NCBI GenBank assembly: GCA_044228225.1
Contig: JBGAVH010000021.1
Span: 1,737 to 65,736 of the forward strand
Direction: 5' to 3'
From: Saprospiraceae bacterium
GTDB lineage: Bacteria > Bacteroidota > Bacteroidia > Chitinophagales > Saprospiraceae
DNA: 64,000 nucleotides
In this document: positions 8,619-16,900 of the stretch, one piece after another
Position numbering within the stretch: position 1 is the stretch's first letter
Layout: every line of letters starts with the position of its first letter
Notes under the pieces: generated by a model
Seen by the model: the letters and a program-made list of their open reading frames with translations, nothing else
Told to the model about the DNA's origin: nothing
The model's database searches: none
Position numbers and translations under genes: made by a program

Positions 8619-10376
8619 TTAATGTCTAAATTCGTTATCTCTAATAAAATGAATAAATTTTAGCATAGAAACAATAGTGTTTAAAGTAATTGAATCGTAC
8701 CCTTGATTTTTTAAAATTGCTTCTATCCATTCTCTGACTTCTTTTAAATATGTCAAAAATTCTTTATGTATTTTTTCGTTAAAACTTATTTCGAACAAAT
8801 CCTCCAAATTTGTTACATTAATATCTAAATATTGCCCATAGTTTTCTATTATTTTTTTATGAATTGAGTTTAGAAATTTATCTGATTTTTCTCCAGTTAA
8901 ATTTTTAGTATTGTTACAATTTAAAAGGCTTAAATATTTTTTGAAAACATCATAAAAATTTTTGTCAATGATACCATAATAATTTTGTTTGCTATGTTTT
9001 TGCAAAACAAAATGCAACCTGTTTCTGCTTTTGTAATTATTATCATTTTTGACGGCATACATCAGTTCTTTGCTTTGTTCAAATGCTTCTCTAAGTGGAA
9101 ATTTGTAATAAGTGATGGAAATACCATAAGTCATGCAGGGTCTATTTCCTACTATTTGTTCATATTTTTCAAATGTATTGTCCGGTTTCTTCTTATTAAA
9201 TATTTCTTCAAAACAGTTATCTAAATCAGCTACTAAATCAAATACTGTTTTAAATTCATTCTTCTCGTTGATTGAGGCAACAGGCGCAAAGAAAACTAAT
9301 TCATCCCCTCCAATATAAATAGGCGCAGCGCCATATCCCCACTTTGTTTTGCTGCCATTGGTAAACCTTTCTCCAGCTAAAATTCGATTTGCTTCATATG
9401 AAAAATTTACTAGATCTGCTGAAAATTTTTGAATTTCAATATCATCGTTTAAAGTGCCAATTAATTTACCCATATTATCTCCATCAGCATGTACTATGGC
9501 AATATATTTATGGTAAGTTCTTAGGTGGTTATTCAATTCTGGAATTTCTTTAAATATATATTCCAATGAACTTGTGTCTTCTTTGAGTTTAATTTCTCCA
9601 GTATTTTCATCATCCATGTTTTCTGGTTCTACAATTTTTAATTTTGCTAAATCACTTCTAATTTTATTTCTTATTTTATCTTGTGCTAGGTATTTGTCAT
9701 CTTCTTTTTTTATAAATTGAAGCTCATTAGTTGCAATTTCAGTCAGACTCGGAAATCCATTTTTATTGACTGTACCAAAGGCATCTTTTACAAGAAAACT
9801 ATGGTTAATAAAATGTAACAAAACATAAAATGGATCTGGATCATAATGAGCCAATGAGGGCATTAATTCGGCATTGTCTAAGTATAAGTTCAATGATTTT
9901 ACAGGTCCTATAAGTTCATTTTCGTCATTGACGAAACATAAATCCTTTGAATCTGCTTCTATTGCATATGCCTTAAAGTAGTCATAAAAAAAAGATTTTA
10001 ATCCATGCTCATCCTTTTTAAGAACTTTAATTTGTTCCGTATATTCTCCAAAGGTGAAATTTTTATTCAACTCATTCCATAATTGTTTAGCAATGTTTTC
10101 TTTAACTTCCTTAATGATTGTATTGATTTCGACGAAATTCCCATTTTCTTTCAAAGCCAGTAAGATTCTATCTGGAAATAGCCCTACGCCTGGTGTGGTT
10201 GCATTTATATATTTTGTATCTGGTAGTAAAACGATATACTTATTAGTATCAATCATTTTTAAAATTTCCTTACAAATATATGCAAACATATAGCTGGCAC
10301 CCCAAATCTCTCTTGTTTTCTGTGCTTTTTTTAGTGTGTCATTTATCGGACCTAAAGTTATACCAATGTATTTCAT
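8619..10376 (-). CDS. cas10: Cas10/Cmr2 large subunit lacking an HD domain, with cyclase palm retained
   Basis: The 585-aa protein starts with GITLGPINDTL...REIWGASYMFAY, the segment that normally follows the HD domain. Its palm motifs are IAIVHADGDNMGK (D298, D300) and YIGGDELVFFAP (GGDE at aa 356-359, nt 9300-9311). Confidence 0.88.
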   Translation of the reverse strand: MKYIGITLGPINDTLKKAQKTREIWGASYMFAYICKEILKMIDTNKYIVLLPDTKYINATTPGVGLFPDRILLALKENGNFVEINTIIKEVKENIAKQLWNELNKNFTFGEYTEQIKVLKKDEHGLKSFFYDYFKAYAIEADSKDLCFVNDENELIGPVKSLNLYLDNAELMPSLAHYDPDPFYVLLHFINHSFLVKDAFGTVNKNGFPSLTEIATNELQFIKKEDDKYLAQDKIRNKIRSDLAKLKIVEPENMDDENTGEIKLKEDTSSLEYIFKEIPELNNHLRTYHKYIAIVHADGDNMGKLIGTLNDDIEIQKFSADLVNFSYEANRILAGERFTNGSKTKWGYGAAPIYIGGDELVFFAPVASINEKNEFKTVFDLVADLDNCFEEIFNKKKPDNTFEKYEQIVGNRPCMTYGISITYYKFPLREAFEQSKELMYAVKNDNNYKSRNRLHFVLQKHSKQNYYGIIDKNFYDVFKKYLSLLNCNNTKNLTGEKSDKFLNSIHKKIIENYGQYLDINVTNLEDLFEISFNEKIHKEFLTYLKEVREWIEAILKNQGYDSITLNTIVSMLKFIHFIRDNEFRH

Positions 10377-11734
10377 TTTACCTGTGGTTTCAATTGTTCA
10401 TAAATATTATTGATAATTTTGTATTCATTTGTAGTTCGAAAACCATTAATGTCCTCCACCCAATTTGAATTGTAAGTACTTATAGCATATTGTAAAAATT
10501 CAGAATAATTAAATTTAACAGGGTATTTTAATTTTAATCCACTAGTGCCTTTGAAATCTACTTTGAATATTTTATCTAAAATTTCTGATTCCCCATTTAT
10601 TGTTGCCCCATTTTCAAATTGATATTGAATATATGGTGGTACTCCAAAAAACACCCGATATTGTTTTTCCGCTATTTTAATAGGCTTAAATATTAGGGGC
10701 GATTTAAAGCGATTTATTTTAGAATCTTTAAGATCAATACTTTTATTAATTTTCCAATAGCTTGCTGATTCTGTTGATGACAATCCCAATAAATCTCTCC
10801 ATAAATGCCTTTCTAAGTAATCTGGTAATCTATCTTCGTACCCTAATGGGAAATTACTATTATTAGAGTTTGGTCGCATAGTCTTAACCGCTGCATCATC
10901 AAATCTTTTTATAATATTTCCTTGTCTATCAATTATTTTTAGTTTGTTCTTGTATTTATTTTTTATACTCTTTTTATCCCAGTGTTCTTTTTTGCTTTTC
11001 GCAAAAGCCCACATTAGTGATTTAAAATAAAAAATATCATTTCCTTGATTGTCTTTTACATTATGTCCACTTCTTAGTGTTTTGTAAAAAAAATTAATTA
11101 CTTCAAAAACAGTATAGAAAAGCTCTTTTTGATTTTTTTCATATTTTAATTTATTTTCATCAACATCAAAATAATATGGTAATATATCTTGCCTTATTAA
11201 ATAGTCATACTTTTCAATTGGATAATAAGAACCAAATCCTTTACTTTGTCTAGTTCCAAAATTCTTAAGTAAAAAGAAATTAGCAATTACACTATCTATG
11301 TATATTAATAAATCTGTATATACCGACTTTATTTTAAGTGTAATTAAATCATTTACAATTATTGCCTTTTTATACTTTGTTTTATCATTAAATGATTCTT
11401 CGTTCATCATATTTCCGAAAAAGCCAAGTTTTTCTGTTTGACTTTTGTCATATATTTTTGCATTAGTACTGTTGAGGAAAATTTCTACCTCATAATCAAA
11501 GCTTGGATTTGTTGGTTTTGTTGAATGTTTGAGCCAGTTTTTTAATTCATAGTTAGATGTTGCTGCATTCAACCTTTCTGCTTTATCGCTACTAAAACAA
11601 TTGCTTTTGTCTCCTATAATAAATTTATCTAATGCTGCTTTCAGTTCTGTACATCTCAATGATGCATCTGTCAAAAAATATTGGAAATGAATGATTGGGG
11701 TATGCTGTTTTAATGAATATTGTAGTTGATACAT
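10373..11734 (-). CDS. cmr1: Type III-B RAMP subunit Cmr1 (large variant)
   Basis: The 453-aa protein has the RAMP G-rich loop FGTRQSKGFGSY. It holds the first position of the cmr1-cas10-cmr3-4-5-6 order. Its stop overlaps the cas10 start by 4 nt (ATGA). Confidence 0.7.
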   Translation of the reverse strand: MYQLQYSLKQHTPIIHFQYFLTDASLRCTELKAALDKFIIGDKSNCFSSDKAERLNAATSNYELKNWLKHSTKPTNPSFDYEVEIFLNSTNAKIYDKSQTEKLGFFGNMMNEESFNDKTKYKKAIIVNDLITLKIKSVYTDLLIYIDSVIANFFLLKNFGTRQSKGFGSYYPIEKYDYLIRQDILPYYFDVDENKLKYEKNQKELFYTVFEVINFFYKTLRSGHNVKDNQGNDIFYFKSLMWAFAKSKKEHWDKKSIKNKYKNKLKIIDRQGNIIKRFDDAAVKTMRPNSNNSNFPLGYEDRLPDYLERHLWRDLLGLSSTESASYWKINKSIDLKDSKINRFKSPLIFKPIKIAEKQYRVFFGVPPYIQYQFENGATINGESEILDKIFKVDFKGTSGLKLKYPVKFNYSEFLQYAISTYNSNWVEDINGFRTTNEYKIINNIYEQLKPQVK

Positions 11735-11739
11735 ATCAT

Positions 11740-12051
11740 TTATTTAATTAGATTTTTTATATAATTAATATCGTCTTCATTGTAAGAATTGATCAACGAA
11801 ATGAGTTTTTCATTAAATTTTTTATCAATTTCAATTTTATTTTTGAGTGGTGTAATATTGTTAGAATGGAGATCTTTTTCTTTTTGTAATTTAAATTGTT
11901 TTTCTTCAAGTTCATGTTGGCAATTTAACATTTTTAATTTATAAGCTTCTTTTGAGCAATGTAAAATTACTTTTGTGGAAGAATATATAAAGTATACAAG
12001 AATTACGCCACCAACAAACCAAGGAAGAAAGTCTTTAATTACCTGTTCCAT
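11740..12051 (-). CDS. Small membrane-anchored coiled-coil protein, unknown function (CRISPR-operon embedded)
   Basis: The 103-aa protein has one N-terminal TM helix (FLPWFVGGVILVYFIYSSTKVIL) followed by a charged K/E-rich helical region. It overlaps the 3' end of the CorA-like gene by 13 nt and ends 5 nt before cmr1. Confidence 0.6.
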   Translation of the reverse strand: MEQVIKDFLPWFVGGVILVYFIYSSTKVILHCSKEAYKLKMLNCQHELEEKQFKLQKEKDLHSNNITPLKNKIEIDKKFNEKLISLINSYNEDDINYIKNLIK

Positions 12052-13622
12052 ATTTTATTTTTTTGAAATTGTTTATATATTTTTACTATTGAATATAATA
12101 CTAAAATTATACTTCCTGAATAAGTAACCCAATCAAAAATACTAAATGTATTCCACCAATTATCATTATTAGGAATGCTAGTTAGTTCATTTGGTGTATG
12201 AGTCGGATTGCAAGTATTCATTCCAATTAAAGAAGCGATCAAAGTCAGTGGTAAGAAATCATTAGCAACTTTCGACAAATTGCTCTGTTCTTGGGTCTCC
12301 ATATATTCATTGAGTTCTTCAATTTCTTTACCTAGGCTATCTACATCTAGCTGTATTCTCATTTTTTCTTGAAGCATATCGTATAGTTCTATACCTTGTT
12401 CTTGAGCTGTAACTTCTCTAAAATATATTCTATTTTTGAATTTTATATAGTTTAGATACAATGTTGATATGTCATTTTTTTGAGAGAATTTTGAACTTGC
12501 ATTTATGGATTTAGAAATTCTAGCTACTTCTTTACTGTACAGTAGTAAATAGGCTCTTTGCAATAAGCATAATAACACCAAGTCAAAATATTGATTTGCC
12601 ATGTGAGTTGAAACAATGTTTTTTGGAAAATACTCTTGACCACTTAACATGACAAATGAATATCTACTCAATCCATATATTTGTGAACCTTCTGGGTCTT
12701 CATGATTAATCCATCTTTTATAGGTATGTTTATCAACCATTTCTTTCCGCATTATAAAATTGGAGCATCCAGGTTTTGAATCATCAATAAATATATATCG
12801 ATACCATTTATTAATGGTTTCTTTATTACAGAATAGCGCGTAAGTTGACTCTGCTGCACAATAACATGTGAACTCTTTGGCTAACTCATTATCGAGTATA
12901 TGTGATATTACAAACATTCTATCGTCTAAAATTGGTTTGACAACACATTTATTATAATCTGAAGTATTGCCACCAAAGTGGCTTCCTAATAATCCAAAAA
13001 TATGCTTTGGTTGAATTGCGGCATCTAAATTGGTATCAAAGGACTTAAAACCTTCTTCAACATCACCAGGAAATATGTTTTTGAGTGTTATTTTATCAGC
13101 TAAAAAACCGTATTCTTTTATAGGCTTTGTATATTCATTTTGTTCAACTCCTAAATATTGCGGATAAATACGCCTTCCATATTCATTTATTTTTAATATT
13201 AATTTGAAGTCTTTAGTTTGATAGTTTAATAAATGAAATGCCATAATACCAACTCCATTTTCATAAAATCCTAACATAATGTCTTGGATCTTTAATTTAA
13301 TGGTTTCTTCACCTATTATGTCAATTTCATACGTAGGATCTGAATAATTAAATTTACACTGGTATTGTCTTGCATTAATGTCATTATTTGGATCATTATT
13401 CAAGTTTAATACATCTCTTGCATATTCATAAAAATAACTGTATATATTGTATGTATTAATATTGTCATCAACTTTATTTTTAAATTGGAATTGTTCCCAT
13501 ATATTTTTTTCTTGGATAAATTCGGAGATTTGTTCTAGATTAAATCGATTATCATTGTTACTATTGATTTGCCATGAAAATGGAAATATGAATAGATGTT
13601 GTGAATGAAAGTTAATATCCAT
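12039..13622 (-). CDS. corA: CRISPR-associated CorA-like membrane effector
   Basis: The 527-aa protein has a C-terminus DFLPLTLIASLIGMNT (CorA GMN motif in TM1), then a periplasmic loop, a second TM helix (IFDWVTYSGSIILVLYSIVKIY) and a basic tail KNKIWNR. Its soluble N-terminal domain of about 440 aa is much longer than in housekeeping CorA. Confidence 0.82.
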   Translation of the reverse strand: MDINFHSQHLFIFPFSWQINSNNDNRFNLEQISEFIQEKNIWEQFQFKNKVDDNINTYNIYSYFYEYARDVLNLNNDPNNDINARQYQCKFNYSDPTYEIDIIGEETIKLKIQDIMLGFYENGVGIMAFHLLNYQTKDFKLILKINEYGRRIYPQYLGVEQNEYTKPIKEYGFLADKITLKNIFPGDVEEGFKSFDTNLDAAIQPKHIFGLLGSHFGGNTSDYNKCVVKPILDDRMFVISHILDNELAKEFTCYCAAESTYALFCNKETINKWYRYIFIDDSKPGCSNFIMRKEMVDKHTYKRWINHEDPEGSQIYGLSRYSFVMLSGQEYFPKNIVSTHMANQYFDLVLLCLLQRAYLLLYSKEVARISKSINASSKFSQKNDISTLYLNYIKFKNRIYFREVTAQEQGIELYDMLQEKMRIQLDVDSLGKEIEELNEYMETQEQSNLSKVANDFLPLTLIASLIGMNTCNPTHTPNELTSIPNNDNWWNTFSIFDWVTYSGSIILVLYSIVKIYKQFQKNKIWNR

Positions 13623-14218
13623 TACATTTTATTTAATTCTTTAAAACATACTAATTCCATCCTGGCATCAAACAATGCATTATGCAATTTCAAACCATCT
13701 TTATCTATATAATCGATTAATCCGTAACCTTCTTCATTTTTAATTCTAGGTATTTCTACAGAATACCCTTTGAATTGAATGAATGTAGCTAGATCCAAAC
13801 ACATATAATGTATATTTTTTGGAATCTCAAAAGCCCCTCCGAACAATTCACAGAATAACACCCAGTCCCAATGAGGTACATCACCCCAGATCTGGATATT
13901 TGGAATAATATGGCCATGCTGATCTCTTTTCAATTCAAATTGACCAAACCATATCTTTAAAGCTGTAGCAATTTCTTTCTTGCCACCTTTAATATGCATT
14001 TTTCTAAGATCTTCCCAATTTTGATTTGCATCATTAAGGCATAAATTAGCAATAACATGTTCTTCTAACCAAGGCGTTAATTGCTTAACATCATAATCCG
14101 TAAATTCAGCATAGAATTCCTCTCCATTCATTCCAACCAATGCCAGTGAAATCAGCGTCGTATCCTGACGTAATCCGGTGAATTCTGTATCGAGAAACAG
14201 CTTTGCGGTTAGTTTCAT
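13622..14218 (-). CDS. DEDDh-family 3'-5' exo(ribo)nuclease (Rv2179c-like), first gene of the type III-B operon
   Basis: The 198-aa protein has ExoI FLDTEFTG (D10, E12), ExoII PHWDWVLF (D118) and ExoIII HNALFDA (H179, D184). Its stop codon overlaps the CorA-like start codon (TAATG). Confidence 0.85.
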   Translation of the reverse strand: MKLTAKLFLDTEFTGLRQDTTLISLALVGMNGEEFYAEFTDYDVKQLTPWLEEHVIANLCLNDANQNWEDLRKMHIKGGKKEIATALKIWFGQFELKRDQHGHIIPNIQIWGDVPHWDWVLFCELFGGAFEIPKNIHYMCLDLATFIQFKGYSVEIPRIKNEEGYGLIDYIDKDGLKLHNALFDARMELVCFKELNKM

Positions 14219-14577
14219 GTGGGGGTTAAGATTTGGGGGTTAGTTGGCTTTGCTTTTCATGTTAGGAACAATATGGATCTCTGGTCCGAATGACCTTGTG
14301 AAATAGGGTAGGGTTGAAAATGAGAAGTTGATAAAAACTATTATTACTCATATTAATTAATTCATAAATGCATTATTAATTGATTTGCTTATTAATATAT
14401 TATTGCAATGTCTAAGTATTGGAGAATATTAAAAAAGTTATTTGGTCAACAACAAAATCTTAATGAACTCCTAACGCTAAAGATAGAAATATTTAAATTG
14501 CTGGTATGTTTATAGGTATTTATTTTTTAAAAATAATTTAGTTGACAGTATTATAGTAATTAGTCTACAGAATAAAA

Positions 14578-14668
14578 GTCGTCAGTTGTCAGTCGAAAGA
14601 GTAATAAAGGAAATCTGGTAATCGGTAATCATTATCTATGGTAAGTCGTAATGGGGTAAATTGTAAAT
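14578..14668. repeat. Heptamer-word low-complexity block (GTCAGTT/GTCAGTC, GGTAATC x2, GGTAAGT/CGTAATG...)
   Basis: The block reads gtcgtcagttgtcagtc ... ggtaatcggtaatc ... ggtaagtcgtaatggggtaaattgtaaat. It lies in the 619-bp intergenic region upstream of the CRISPR-Cas operon. Confidence 0.6.
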
Positions 14669-14836
14669 ATCAGACTTCCATTTTTTTAAGAATTCTTTGG
14701 TTTGAAGTTAACTTTATTACAGTTCTTACAGCATCGATGAACTGAGCCTATTAATTTTAGTGGCTTATTATACAAGTTCAATTAACTGTCTATATTTAAC
14801 CTTAAATCTTATGCAATAATCCATTTAAGATTTACC

Positions 14837-15292
14837 TTATTCCAAATTGATTATTTTATACTTTATAGCATTGAACTCAAAAGAGTCCTTAATCTTTTTA
14901 GCCAACATGGCTACAGCCAAAGGTGAATGTTCAGAAATCACCCAGACCTCATGACCTTCCACCATAATCTTTCCCAATCCAAGAGCAATAAAAAATGTTC
15001 TATCTTTAGTATAGATGAGTGTTCCCAACTCAACTTCAGAATGATGCTTAAAAGCTTGAATTCCATTTAGGATTTCCATATCTTTATTGGCTTGCTCCCA
15101 TTGTTTAGCAAACATATCTCTGTTTAGATGCCCCATGGCTCTACCCGTTTCAAATTTATCGCCGGCGCTGCTCTTTTCCTCATTCAAGGTGGATTCATGA
15201 GCACTGTTCATGGCTTCTTGGGCATTGTCCATCCGAACTTGTACCATTATTTTACAAGCATCTAAAACTGATTTTTTACTGATTGTTTTCAA
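14837..15292 (-). CDS. GreA/GreB C-terminal-domain-like protein
   Basis: The 151-aa protein has a C-terminal segment VISEHSPLAVAMLAKKIKDSFEF resembling the GreA C-terminal domain pattern (SxxSPxxxALxGKKxGD). Confidence 0.5.
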   Translation of the reverse strand: MKTISKKSVLDACKIMVQVRMDNAQEAMNSAHESTLNEEKSSAGDKFETGRAMGHLNRDMFAKQWEQANKDMEILNGIQAFKHHSEVELGTLIYTKDRTFFIALGLGKIMVEGHEVWVISEHSPLAVAMLAKKIKDSFEFNAIKYKIINLE

Positions 15293-16084
15293 AATCTTTA
15301 ATTTTTACTTTCATAAAAAGGAGATAGATTTCAGAAAAGTTCCCTATTTATCTAGGTCGCAATATAATAAGACAATGTAATATTCCTAGAATTTTACCAG
15401 AATAAAAAAATTTGATTAAATAATAGGTCACAATTGATTGAATAAACTGAACACCTAAATATTATTGCTTTAACTTCACTTCAATGATATAAAAAGACTA
15501 AATTAAACAATGCAATAGAGTCTAAACTACTATTTATTTGATCCTCACCAAGTATATCATCTGATCTCACAATAGTCATTGAAATGAAGTTATCGCCTTA
15601 TATGTTGAATCCAATAAAGAATCATTTATCCTCTACGCTTTAAGCCAATATCTCTAAAATGGACCAAAAAATGAGGTATGATATATGCTTTGCGCGTGAA
15701 CCCGATAATTAAGTTTAATATATATTGGTAATTGTACACACAAAGTGTATTTAAATCAAGAACTAAGGACAAAGGCTAAAGTGAAATGATTAAATGGTTT
15801 AAATATCAACTTAGGGTCAAATCTATAGGCTACGTCACTGAAAAAATTATTATTGCTTCAAAGATTTTTCTTATAAAAATCATTATCTCAAAAAACTGGA
15901 ATTTAATACAAAATTTCTTGGATTCTGTAAAACATATCGCCTTAGCTCGACTTTTCAGAAATATCCAATATTATTAAGTGAATTGAAACCATAATTTTCT
16001 GCCTCACCAATTAAAAATTCTTTAAAATCCAAATAACATATGCTTAAATATAATCAACTTTGCGAAATAATAAATAATTTATAT

Positions 16085-16891
16085 ATGAAATTTAATCTTA
16101 TCTTTTTCCTATTCCTATTGACAAGTTTAATGACTGCAGCTCAAGATCGATATTTCGCTAGAGCATACACATCCAATGTCCTTCCTAAAGGTACTATTGA
16201 CCTCGAATTCTGGCATACTTCCAGATTTGAACGCAAAGATCAATTTTATTTCGCCCAAGATCAAAGAATAGAGTTTGAAGCAGGATTAGGTCATAATATT
16301 CAAACTTCCTTATATCTAAATAACAATCATGTTCGCTTTAGTGAATCAAAAGATGAGACCATAACGAAATCAGAACTCGGATTCAGCAATGAATGGAAAT
16401 GGAAGCTCTTTGATCCAACAGTTAATAAAGTTGGGTTTGCATTATATGGTGAGTGGGGAATAAAAGGGGGTGATGAATTAGAATTAGAAGCCAAGCTCAT
16501 TTTTGACAAAATATTTGATAAACATATTTATGTATTCAATGCTGTATATGAATACGAAAAAGAATTTGAATGGAAAAATAATCAAATAGAAAGTGAACTA
16601 GGCAACCAGACTACTGAATTTATTGTCGCCTATCAATATTTAATAAAACCAACTTTCGGATTAGGCTTTGAGATTCAAAATGAAAATGCCATTACAAATG
16701 ATAATATCTGGGAATATTCGTTAGTCTCTGGAGGACCAACGTTGAATTTCAGACAAGGTAAATGGTTTGCTATTATCAATTATTTGCCACAGTGGAGCAA
16801 CTTACATAAGACTGCAAGTGCTCCTTTTAATAAAGTATTAGATAGAAAAGAAAATCATAATGTGCGTTTAGTGTTTGGCGTTAATTTATAA
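16085..16891 (+). CDS. Putative outer-membrane beta-barrel protein
   Basis: There is a signal peptide MKFNLIFFLFLLTSLMTAAQ at the internal ATG 16085, so the listed start at 16040 looks over-extended. The protein shows an alternating beta-strand pattern and ends in VFGVNL. Confidence 0.55.
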   Translation: MKFNLIFFLFLLTSLMTAAQDRYFARAYTSNVLPKGTIDLEFWHTSRFERKDQFYFAQDQRIEFEAGLGHNIQTSLYLNNNHVRFSESKDETITKSELGFSNEWKWKLFDPTVNKVGFALYGEWGIKGGDELELEAKLIFDKIFDKHIYVFNAVYEYEKEFEWKNNQIESELGNQTTEFIVAYQYLIKPTFGLGFEIQNENAITNDNIWEYSLVSGGPTLNFRQGKWFAIINYLPQWSNLHKTASAPFNKVLDRKENHNVRLVFGVNL

Positions 16892-16900
16892 ATACTATCC

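Noticed and set aside
12039-13622. Reading the 527-aa GMN protein as an ordinary housekeeping CorA Mg2+/Co2+ transporter
   Set aside because: It is translationally coupled inside a type III-B operon. Its cytoplasmic part is far longer than and unlike a standard CorA funnel, so a CRISPR-linked effector role is the better explanation.
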